Positions 27,601 through 40,609 of a stretch of DNA of 64,000 nt are shown piece by piece. The position numbers and the translations under genes were made by a program. Origin of the DNA: the human T2T-CHM13v2.0 reference genome, Homo sapiens; the NCBI RefSeq assembly GCF_009914755.1, contig NC_060928.1, one strand, 5' to 3'. Below the pieces are notes generated by a model. That model made no database searches. It saw only the letters and a program-made list of their open reading frames with translations, and had not been told where the DNA came from. Position 1 is the first letter of the stretch; every line of letters begins with the position of its first letter.

Positions 27601-28684
27601 TTTAATGTCATAACACGTTTGGTAAAGCAGCTAAATTATTTCTAATGTATATGTTTGGCTGAGGCAGTTAATACAAAGTAAAAGGCAAAAAGTCATGAAG
27701 CTTTTATTTTCTATCTTGTTTCACTTGTGCCTCCAATGAGCATTGGCTTGGAGTGCTTATCGTCATGTCACTGACATTCTTGCCCAGGCCTTGGCAAACT
27801 ACTTGGATACCCTGGTGAGAGAGGTTTCTGGGACTTTGGCCTGGAAATATGCATTTTGAAAATTATATCCAGTGATTCTAATTTGTAACTAGTTAGACAT
27901 CACTGCACTAAGAGTAAACTTTCAGCTCTCTGGCCTAGTTCAGTAATTTTCTTTATCACAAACACGTCTTTCATAACTTGGTTCCAAAGGCATTCATGAC
28001 TTTTGATGTCATCCGTAAATGCATTTTAAGGAATTAATTTCTGCTTTTAACCAATTACAAGATTTTATTAACAATCTGTTTACTGTTTGACAAGTATTAG
28101 TCAGCTTTTATTTTATGTCATTACTGAGATTTGAAGTCACCTGCACTACGTTTAAACAAAACCTATTCTTATGATTACAATATATTTACCTGACATTATG
28201 CAAAACTGCATTTTTTTTGCATTTGGGAACACCATTTTATATATGAAGTTGTTGAGGCTTATAAAAGGTCACAAGTAACTGACTAATAGCGTCAAGACTA
28301 GAACCCATGTAGTGTTGGCATCTGTTTAGGAACCTGTGTCAGATCCCACACTTGTAATGGAGAGCTTAATTTCAGAGAACATTAGCCATATCTAGCTATT
28401 GCTGTGAATTTAAATTGTTTTGAGTGTGCATTTAATTTGCAAATTTGTATTGGTTTGTTATTTGTGTAAGAATTATACACCTACAAAGATTTTACCAAGT
28501 TTATATTTTTACATTTTAAAGTAGTGTTTTAAAACAAATAAATTAAATTGACACTTGGTGATGCAAGATTTTATTTTTCCTTTTAGAAAAGGTCTTTACA
28601 ATATTTAAATTTAAATCAAACAGTTCTCACTGAAATAATTAGGGGTAAAATGGACCTCTGTTGATGCTATTTGAAAAAACTATT

Positions 28685-28926
28685 TGAACAATGAGAACAC
28701 TTAGACACAGGGTGGGAAACATCACACACCGGGGCCTGTCGTGACCGGGGCCTGTCGTGGGGTGAGGGGAGGGGAGAGGAATAGCATTAGGAGAAATACC
28801 TAATGTAAATGACGAGTTAATGGGTGCAGTAAACCAACATGGCATATGTATACATATGTAACAAACCTGCACGTTGTGCACGTGAACCCTAGATCTTAAG
28901 TATAATTAAAAATAAATAAATAAATA
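28685..28926 (+). mobile_element. 5'-truncated L1PA 3'UTR with A-rich tail
   Basis: tgaacaatgagaacacttagacacaggg...atagcattaggagaaatacctaatgtaaatgacgagttaatgggtgcag...acctgcacgttgtgcac...taagtataatt, followed by (aaat)n. Confidence 0.92.
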
Positions 28927-29230
28927 GGCCTGGCGCGGTGGCTCATGCCTGTAATCCCAGTACTTTGGGAGGCTGAGATAGGCGGATCACCTGAGGTCGG
29001 GAGTTCGAAACCAGACTGACCAACATAGAGAAACCCGGTCTCTACTAAAAATACAAAATTAGTGGGGCGTGGTGGCGCATGCCTGCAATGGGCTGAGGCA
29101 GGAGAATCACTTGAACCCAGGAGGTGGAGGTTCCGGTGAGCCGAGATCATGCCATTGCACTCCAGCCTGGGCAACAAGAGTGAAACTCTATCTCAAAAAT
29201 AAATAAATAAATAACAATAAAATAACAAAA
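28927..29230 (+). mobile_element. Alu (AluSp-like) inserted in an L1 tail, small internal deletion
   Basis: gaggtcgggagttcg...ctgaccaacatagagaaac. The segment cccagctactcggga is missing at about 29089. Confidence 0.93.
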
Positions 29231-31142
29231 TAGAAGAAATTGGTTGGATGCCACGATTAAATATAGATTTGTTTTTGCATTTGTAGGCAGTCAGAGCAAA
29301 ATGGGAGCATAGTAAATTTTCTCTTATCATAAGGGAAGAAAAATCTGGCTCCTGAGGTGGTTGTTATTTTCTTTGTGTTTTTCTTCTTCTAAATTCTAAA
29401 AGAAAGTGTCATGTGGGGTTTCATATAAATGACACAGATGTCATAGACCTTTTTTCAATATTTTTATGGCAATTACAGGCACAAATTACCAACGACTATT
29501 TGTTATAGAACTTTTTGATCAAAAACTTACTTCATTTTTTCTCTAGAGGATTTTCAATGAGGAAAAGAAGCCTTTACTATTTACTTTTATATTTCATATG
29601 TAGCTACAAAGTTGCTTAAATAAAATGAGCATTCTTTATCAAAAAAAAACAAAAAGCTATTCACTGAAACTTTGGGGATACTCATCTTCATGTACAGTTT
29701 CCAACTCTGATTAGACCACAGCTCCTCCCTATATTTATGATTTGCTTGCTTTATAATCAATATTATTTCTGAAACTAGACCCCAAACAAGTCAGTTTTGG
29801 TTTTGCTAAGATTTGCTTAAATGTAAACCTTTAGAAAATCTTATGTATATTATTTTATGACTCTTAACTGAGTACATACTTGAGTGGTTATTCTGCTGTT
29901 ACATTTGTTCTGAAGAATCATGCACATTTTAATAGGCAAGTTATTAATGCAACCAAACCTTTAAGTTTTGGAGTTTTATAGGTAAAATATGTTTTTCTAG
30001 AGGTCTGTTTCTAAAGTTAAAAGCTGTTCTAATAAATAATAAACAGATTCAAAAACCTTGGCAAACTCTCACAAACCAAAGCAAAATTAGGACATTTTGA
30101 TTGATTTTAATATTACTTTATCTAATAAAAAATAAGTTAGATGCTATAAAAATATTTTTAAATGTGGAGGTAATTTAGTTCAGTTATCACACAAACATTC
30201 TCTCCAATATACACTTGAGTGTAAATTATATGTTGTTATTTACTTTAATAACAGTTTGCTCAAGCAGAAAACCTGAAAAAACTATTGCACGTATGCCCCG
30301 GGTTGTATTGCATATTAACACCTGCAAAATAAGGCACAATTACCTTTCTATTTAGACAATTAAAAACTTCGATAACATAAGCTTAGTTATTGCCTGATAA
30401 AAAATATGCCAATCCTGCTCCAGATTAACAGATGTCTTATTGATTCTATGTATGTACCAAGTTAGACATATAAACCAATGGGTTTAGGAATGGTTAGTCT
30501 TCTAAAATCTAAACTGTTTGTAGCAAAATGTCATTGTAAAAGCCCAATATAAAGAATAGCTTTAAGAATTCATTAAAATGTAAGGTACATGAAAGCGGAG
30601 TACGTGGTTGGTTTTGTTCATTGCTATATATTTATCACCTATAACAGACACATAGTAACTCCTATAGAAATATTTATTGGATAAGTTAATGAAGTATAAT
30701 TATGGAGGCATAGTTATTTTTCAGAAAAGTAACTATACATCACATATCAACCATTGTTTATATAAAAATCAGATGTAATTTCATATGATTTGGTGAGCTA
30801 AGTATGGTCAAGAAGCATGTGTTCTTATCACAGATAATCATAAAACTAATTTGAAAATTATAGAAAATCTCAAATTATATCCCAAAATGGACAATTATTA
30901 CTTGTACTATATTTTCTCTTAGTAAGATAATATTTGTTTTGTTATAGAATATTTGTTGTCATTCCTACTCATCAATGTTAGTACAATTTCTCAAATAGAT
31001 GTAAGCATAACTTCTAAATTTAACAATCAAAATATGGTCTAATAAACTAAGATGAATTCCATACTCAATATTTGTCTTTGTAACCTAGAATATTTTCTCA
31101 ATTGCTACTATGAAAATTAAGAATAAAAAGAAAATTTTAAAT

Positions 31143-31716
31143 GTAGGAAGTGCACTGAACTGAGAAGATTATTTTCCTAAAGGGAAATTCCACTGGCTAT
31201 GGAGTAACTGGGAACTCTGTCCTTTATTGTAAAACATTTATGAAAATTGCTTGACTTGCAACTTCATTGGTTGCCTTGGAGAGTTCATTCTATAAAAAAA
31301 GGTGCATCACGTGAACAAGAAATGTATCTACACAATGCTCAACAGAAAACCCTTGATTAATTGAAGTATAGTAAATGGTTATTGGTCCATTCCAATTTCC
31401 TTTAATTTGCAGTTGCTTGGAAGCATAAAGCTTTTTAATGTCTTTGTTTTGACAAAGAATTCACTTAAAAGTGAGAACAAATTTAATTTATTAATATAAT
31501 TTAAAAACATGTTAAAGCAAATTAAAAAATTAACATGCGGAACAATCTTTTAAAAAGTTTTTTTTTTTTTAAAGTAGGAAGTACACTGAACTGAGAAGAT
31601 TATTTTCCTAAAGGGAAATTCCATTGGCTATTGACTAACTGGGAACTCTGTCTTTTATTGTAACACATTTATGAAAATTGCTTGACTTGCAACTTCATTG
31701 GTTGCCTTGGAGAGTT
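31143..31716 (+). repeat. Spaced direct repeat, 143 bp (31143-31285 and 31574-31716)
   Basis: Ungapped manual alignment gives 6 mismatches in 143 bp. Confidence 0.95.
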
Positions 31717-31759
31717 TATAAAAAAGTTATTTATTAAGTTAGAACTTTAATAAAAGACT

Positions 31760-32068
<309 letters not shown>

Positions 32069-32084
32069 AGACATTGATATTTAA

Positions 32085-32500
<416 letters not shown>

Positions 32501-33656
32501 GTTCACTCTTAGGGAATTTAGGTGAATGCAGATAGTTACCTACTAAAAAGATATAAATCGAAAGAGATAAACTTTGGCTGTTGGGAAAATGGTTGAATCA
32601 ATCAAGCAGCAATATTAACCTGCGAAGGGTAAGTCACTTTTGTCAAAATAAAAAGGCTATGTTGAGGTTCTTACAGAAAATACTTTTAAAAATAGGGACC
32701 TACACAATGTAATGTAGAGGTGTTTTGGCAGTTTAAGGGAAATGTAATGTAAAAATTTGCATAATGCTTTTACATATGTAATCCATACAATATTAAAAAC
32801 CGTCAATAAAAACATGTTGAAAGTCCTTAATCTCTCTTTAGTATTAGTTTAACAGTTAACAGAGACTATTAAGATTGTAATTTATTCTCTTATTAAAAAT
32901 TATTATCTGATTTACTGAAAAAACAATCACAGGTTTTGAATATCTAAAAACAACCACTAGAGGAAAGCAATAGATTTCCTGTAACATTTATTAATGTAAG
33001 CAGACTGCGAGAATTCTATTAATCTAGACAGGAGAACTGTAATGTTTCTGTTGTCTTCTTTATTAAATTTGACAAATTTGAAATGCTTGCAATTCTGCAC
33101 TAACAGGATTTCATAAATACTCTTTGCTGACACATTTTAATTTTTGTGCATTTACTGGATATTCTTAAAATGCAATCATTTATTATATTTCAGGGCAGGA
33201 AAACCTAATTAGTAGTAAACGATTATATCAAACATTTGCTTTTTTAATAAACTTGGCTTTATATTACCTTATTTAGATATCATGAATTAATATTAGTACA
33301 GACTTCTGATTACCTATTACAGAAACATTCCAATTTCAATAAAACTAATGTTAGTAGTCAAGTAGTTTCTCTAAGCAACTGAAATAAATTTGCAAGTGAT
33401 GGACTATGCATTCTTAGTATTAACTGCAGTCATATAAGGCCATCAGTAACATGGTATTAAGAGAAAACCAATAAATTTACCCAGTTAGTCAGTCTCTTGG
33501 TATGTGAGTAGAAGAGACAAAAAGAAAAAACTAATAATACAGTTGTCACATATTATTGACCATTTTCTGCCCTTCTATACTTTTCTAAGCCCATAGGCTG
33601 TGGTTATATTGCTATGATCAGTTTGGGTAGCTACTTGAATTTTTGATCTTTAAATG

Positions 33657-36027
33657 CAGGTATACCTCTGAGACATTTCAGATTTAGTTCTAGACAACTG
33701 CAATAAAGTGAATATCACAATAAAGCAAGTCATACAGTTTTTTTGGTGTTTCATTGCATATAAAATTATGTTTATTCTATACTGTAGTCTGTTAAGTGTG
33801 CAATAACATTACATTTTTAAAAAACAATGTATATACCTTAATTTAAAAATACTTTATGCTAATACATGCTAACAGTTACCTGAGCCTTCAGCAAGTTGTC
33901 CTCTTCTTGCTGGTGGAGGATCCTACCTTAATGTTGATGGCTGCTGACTGATCAGGGTGGTAATTGCTGAAGGTTGTGGTGGCTGTGGCAATTTTGTGAA
34001 ATAAGACAACAATGAAGTTTGCGGCTTTGATTGAGTCTGACTGTCATGAAAGATTTCTCTGTAGCATTCAATACTGTTTGAGAGCATTTTACACATAGTA
34101 GAATGTCATTCAAAACTGGAGTCAATCCTCTCAAACCTTGCCACTCTTTTATCAGCTAAGTTGATTTATTATTCTAAATATTTTGTTGTCATTTCAACGG
34201 TATTTACAGCATCTTCACCAGGAATAGGTTCCATCTCAAGAAACCACTTTCTTTGCTAATCCATAAGAAGCAAATCTTCATCTGTTCTAGTTTTATCTTG
34301 TGACTGTGGAAATTCAGTCACATCTTTTGGCTCTACTTCTAATTCTAGTTTTCTTGCTATGTCTACCACATCCGTGGTTACTTTCAGTACTGAAGTTTTG
34401 AACCCTTCAAAGTCATCCTTAAGGGTTGGAAACAATTTCTTCCAAACTCCTGTTGACGTTGGTATTTTTACCTCCTCCCATGAATCACAAATGTCTTTAA
34501 TGGCATCTAGAATGGTGAATTCTTTCCAAGTTTTCAATTACTTTGCCCAGATTCATCAGAGAAATCACTATCTATGGCAGCTATAGCCTTACAAGATGTA
34601 TTTCTTCGATCATAAGACTTGAAAGTTTAGATTACTCCTTGATCCATTGGCTGCAGAATGGATGCTGTGTTACCAGGAATGTAAACATTAATCTCTTTGC
34701 ACATCTTTTTCAGAGCTCTTGGATGACCAGGTAGATTGTCAATGATCAGTAATATTTTGAAAAGAATCTTTTTTACTGAGCAGTAATTGTCAACAGCGGG
34801 CTTAAGATATTCAGCAAATCATGCTGTAAACATTTGCTGTCATCCAGGGTTTGTTGTTTCATTGGTAGGGAGCAGGTAGAGTAGACATAGCATACTTCTG
34901 TGGGGCTTCAGGATTTTCAGAATGGTAAAAGATCAGTGGCTTCAGCTTAAAGTCACCAACTGTACTAGTCCCTGACAAGAAACTCAACCTGTCCTTTGAA
35001 GCTTCAAAGCCAGGCATTGATTTCTCCTCTATAGCTATGAATGTCTCATGTGGCATCTACCAGTAGAAGGCTGTTCATCTACATTGAAAATCTGTTTTTT
35101 AATGAAGCCACCTTTATCAATTATCTTTGCTAGATCTTCTGGATATCTTCTTGCAGCTTGTACATCAGCATTTGCTGCTTCACCTTGTGCTTTTATGTTA
35201 TGGAGATGCCTTCTTCCCTTAAACCTTATGAACCAAGCCCTGCTAGCTTCCAACTTTTCTTCTGTGGCTTCCTCAGCTCTCTCAGCCTTCAAAGAATTGC
35301 AGAATTAGGGTCTTGCTCTGTATTAGGCTTTGCTTTAAGGGAATGTTGTGGTTAGTTTTCTTCGTGTCAGCAATAAGGCTGTTTTGTTTTCTTATCTTTT
35401 GTGTGTTCTCTGGAGCAGCACTTTTAATTTCCTTCAGTATCATTTCCTTTGCATTTACAACTTGGCTAGCTATTTGGCACAAGAGACCTAGCTTTTGATT
35501 TACCTTGGCTTTCAACTTATCTACTTCACTAAGCTTAATTATTTATAGCTTTTGATTTAAAATAAGAGATGTGCAGCTACTCCTTTCACATGAACACTTA
35601 GAGGCCATTGGAGGGTTATTTCAATATTGTGCTTCAGGTCTTGTTTCCATATTGTTGTTCTCAGGAATAGGGAGGCCCTAGGAGAAGGTGAGAAATGGAA
35701 GAATGGCTGGCCAGTAGAGGACTCTGAACACACACAATATTTATCCATCCAGTTCACTGTCTTATATGGGTGCAGCTTGTAATTCTCCCAAGAAAATAGT
35801 AACCTCAGTAATCGCTGATCATAGATCACCTTAATAATGAAAAAGTTTGATGTATTGTAAGAATTACCAAAATGTGACACAGACACAAAGGGAGCACATG
35901 CTACTGGAAAAATAATGCTGATAGAAACTTGCTCAATGCAGGGATGTCACAAACTTCTAATTTGTAACAATATGCAAATATCTGTGAAGCATGATAAAGG
36001 CAAGTGCAATGAAACATGGTTTTCCAG
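33657..36027 (-). mobile_element. Tigger1 (TcMar-Tigger) DNA transposon, near full length (~2.37 kb), transposase broken into fragments
   Basis: Ends caggtatacctc... and ...catggttttccag|ta resemble the Tigger1 TIR. Minus-strand ORFs 35282-35515, 35035-35292, 34859-35056 and 34256-34537 translate to TIGD1/Tigger1-like transposase pieces ([53 protein letters not shown]). Confidence 0.93.
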
Positions 36028-36309
36028 TACGTGATATTAAACCATATCATGAAATTCTAGACTCTGAGATTTACAAGGGACTGAAAACTCAATCAGTTCA
36101 GCTTCTCATTTCCACTCTTAAGAGGTACCTCTTTAAATAAAAAAGCCTATTAAGATCATTAAAATAAATCCATGGAAATCCTTTTTATTAATCAAAATGT
36201 GACAAAATTGTTGGAATAACCAGAATGAAAAAGTCTATCATTGTCACTGCCCTATCAGACTGACATACTTCATTGAGCATAAGAGGGATACTATAAACTG
36301 TACTAATAT

Positions 36310-37010
36310 GACTTTATTTCTTTTTACTGCTGAATATGATTCCATTGTATGAATATATCACATTTTGTGTATTCATGCATCAGCTGATGGACATTTGGGT
36401 TGTTTTCACCTTTTGAATATTATAAATAATGCTGCTCTGAACATTTGTGTACAAGTTTTTGTGCAAACGTGTTTCATTTCTCTATGGTAGAATTCCTATG
36501 ACTGGAATTACAAGTCATGTGATAGCTATATTTAACATATTGAGGAACTGCCAAAGTATTTTCCAAAGTGGTTGCACCATCTTATATTCTCACCAACAAC
36601 ATATGAGTGTTTTGATTTTTGTATGTACTCACCAACACTTGTTATTATCTGTTGTTTTTAATATAGCCATTTTTATGTGTGACATATTGTATTTTTAATT
36701 TTCATATCTCAAATGACTAATGAATTTAACATCTTTTTATGTGTTGTTTAACTATTCTTACATTTTCTTTGGAGGATTGTATATTCAAATTCTTTTCCCA
36801 TTTTAAATTGGGTTATTTATTTTTATTATTGAATTGTATTAGTTCTTTATATATTTTGGATATAAGTCCCTTTCAGATATATGATTTGCAAATGTTTTCT
36901 CCCATTCTGTGAGGTTTTCTTTCACTTAATAATGTCCTTCAAAGCAAAAAAGGTTTAAATTGTGATGAAGTCTAAATTTCCAGTCTTCTATCACTTGTGC
37001 TTTTCCTTTA
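36310..37010 (-). mobile_element. Old L1M fragment
   Basis: tccattgtatgaatatatcacattttg...ttgaggaactgccaaagtattttccaaagtggttgcacc...tttgcaaatgttttctcccattctgt. Edges approximate. Confidence 0.8.
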
Positions 37011-37276
37011 GACTCTCTGTAATTTTTTACTTAGAGCAACATGTAGTGTAATTTTGGTTTAGGTGACTATGCTTCTACTAGACAGTAAATGTGAACACCT
37101 GGGTATTTTGTATCCTAAGCAACAAGCAAAGGGCCTGAGCTCTAGTAAGATATCAATGAATGTTTGTTGGATTCATTAATGGATTTTTTGATACTCCTTT
37201 TCAATAAGTAAATTTAACACTACTCAGTAACAAAATAATTTTTACTAAGGAATGACAATATTTGATCTTTGAATAA

Positions 37277-37685
<409 letters not shown>

Positions 37686-38572
37686 TAAATTTTAGTGTGC
37701 ATATTTAAAAGCATGTTTCAATGATAATATTAAGTAGTTAATTGCCTTATTTTATCTTGGAAAAAGCAGAATGAGTGATGAAGTGTCATCTGTTTTATTT
37801 TTCCAGTTTTTTTCCATAGAACATACCTTTATTTGAAAACTAAAATCAAAGTATCCCTTGATGTCATAGGATACTTTGAAATTATAGATAATCATAGTTA
37901 TATAGTCATAAATTGAGGAAGAATGAGAGAGTAGTAGAAAAAAATCATCAAACCGTATTATTTCATGGAGATGGTTAGTTGTAGTCAGTATTTATAATTG
38001 ATGGCTTTTTCCATTACTCTGGAGTCTAATTTCACATCTTTCATAAGTGTACAGATGTTTTATCTGATTTTGCACATTATTTTCTTTCTACATTTCCATA
38101 GTAGTTCAGACTTCTTAAAAGTCAATTTTTAAAAAAAATTCAGCTTTTCGTCCAGCTTTTTGTCATACTCTTATTCCACTAAAAATGTTGGTACTTTGGT
38201 TTTGACAATGAAAAATAGAAAACAAATAGCCTTTTATGCTGAAACATCTTATTAAAGAAAATTTATTTTGTGATTTATTTCTTTATTTTTCATATTGAAA
38301 AATTTTTCCTTCTGTTAATTAGTTTTAACTCTGATGATCATCAGGGGATAATTCTTAGGACTTTCATTACTCAATGTAATTGTAATAGTTGGTTCACCTC
38401 CTTCTTAATTTGCGTGTGTGTGTAACAATAAAATGTACTAGTGCAATGAACAAACTGGTTTTTACATCATTGAATAAATGTACATTAAATGCCTTCTGTA
38501 CCCTAGGCGTTATATTGAAACTGATCTAAATGTTTCACTGTTTGAAACTTAGAAAAGAAGTAGGCTTTCTGA

Positions 38573-38876
<304 letters not shown>

Positions 38877-39157
38877 TGAGTTTAGAAAAATAGGATGTCT
38901 AAATAGAATTAAAGAACAATGCATTTCCAAAAAATTGATTTTGATAAGTTGAATTTCTTTAGAACATATACTTTACAATTTATATCACATAAAATTTTAT
39001 TCATTACTGTTTATTAGTGAGCTAAAGCTGTTTCATATAAATTAAATTTGTTATTGTTTTGAAGTAAAAATACAACACAAGACTCTAGAAAGAGACTTTA
39101 ATTTTATAGTTTAAGATAGCTGTTTAAAAGATATAAGGACATATAACTATTATAGAC

Positions 39158-39490
39158 CAGTGGTCCCCAAACTTTTTGGTACCAGGGACCAGTTTGGTGA
39201 AAGACATTTTTCCACATACTGGGTGGGAGGGTGGTTTTGGGATGAAAGTGTTCCACCTCAGGCCATCAGGCATTAGATTCTCATAAAGAGCGTGCAACCT
39301 AGATCCTTCGCATGCACCATTCACAATAGGGTCCACCCTTCTTTGAGAATCTAATGCCGCAGCTGATCTGACAGGAGGCAGAGCTCAGGCAGTAACGCTC
39401 ACTTGCCCGCCCCTCACCTGCTGCTATGGGCCGGGTTCCTAACAGGCCACAAACCAGTACCGGTCTGTGCCCAGGGGTTGGAGACCCCTG
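39158..39490. mobile_element. MER1B (hAT-Charlie)
   Basis: TIRs cagtggtccccaaac / ggttggagacccctg. Perfect 8-bp TSD ttatagac (39150-39157, 39491-39498). Confidence 0.9.
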
Positions 39491-40174
39491 TTATAGACTA
39501 ATAACCAACTGAAATAGAATAGCATAGCTATGAGTCAAAGGTTTGTGTCTTTTGCATCAAATAATAGAAATGTCTGCAAAGGTGAAGACTACTATGCAAA
39601 TGTGAAATGAGGAAGAGTGATTATTTTGACATTGCAGTCATTCCATAAAAGAACTATAGCCAAGTCTCGTGTAGGTTCTAGAAAACCACTAAAGATGGCG
39701 ACCATGTTATCATGGGGGCTGCATTGTTTCTTATTGTACTTGTGCCATTATTTTGTTCTTGCAATGTTCTTTGTGTTTTTGTTTTGTTTTTGTTTGTTTA
39801 AATTTTCTATTCTTAAAAAAACACAATCTGATGAACTCTCCCCAATCTATGATTCGTTCCTCTTGGATCATGTATTCCCACCACTCCTCTAATCTTTGGA
39901 TTGTTGGAGGGGGAGGAAGAACTTGATATGTATTATTTTGAGTTGCCCCTGACAGATAGCAGTATGGCATGGTAAGTGAGAATGTGTAGCTATATAGGGT
40001 AGGAAAAGGTATTAATAGATTCAGAGAAATAAAACTCCCAGTACAAGCCATACAACAGATCAATATACATTAGCTTTTTACTCTTCTTTGTGCTGCTCAT
40101 GTTAGACCAGTAATTATTTAGAACATGGAAACAAAGTAAAATAACCAGTTAATGAATTCATTGTTTTGGCTTTT

Positions 40175-40609
40175 GTATCTGTTAGCTACTGCCAGAATAA
40201 TGTTGCATAATAAAGAGCCACAAAAATCTCAAAGGCCTACAAAAATTCACGTTTATCCTCACACATTTCTGGATAACTGCAGTTGGGCTTCTCTAGGCTA
40301 GACTCAACTAGGAAGCTTGGCTTCAGTCTAAAAACCTTCCAGCTGAGATTCCTCTACTCAGTATCTCTAGTCTTTCTGGTAGTAGTGGGCTAGCAGAAAC
40401 ATACTGTTCTAGTGACCATGGCAGAGGTAGAAAAGAATAAGTGTATTTTAAGCCCCTTCTTGTGCTATTTTTATAGATAGCCCATTGTCCAATCCAAATA
40501 TTATGAAAGAGCCCAAAAAAGGCAAGGAGAAAAATCTCACCTTTAGTGGGAGGGACTGCAAAGTTGTTTATGGGGAGGGGTAACGGGACCAATAATTCAG
40601 TCTACCATA
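40175..40609. mobile_element. Probable MLT1-family (MaLR) solo LTR relic
   Basis: Begins tgtatctgttagctactgcc...gttgcataataaagagccacaaaaatctc and ends ...aattcagtctaccata, resembling MLT1 termini. Highly diverged. Confidence 0.55.

Noticed and set aside
34256-35515. Transposase-like ORFs as a domesticated TIGD gene
   Set aside because: They are split across frames by stops and frameshifts inside a decayed Tigger1.
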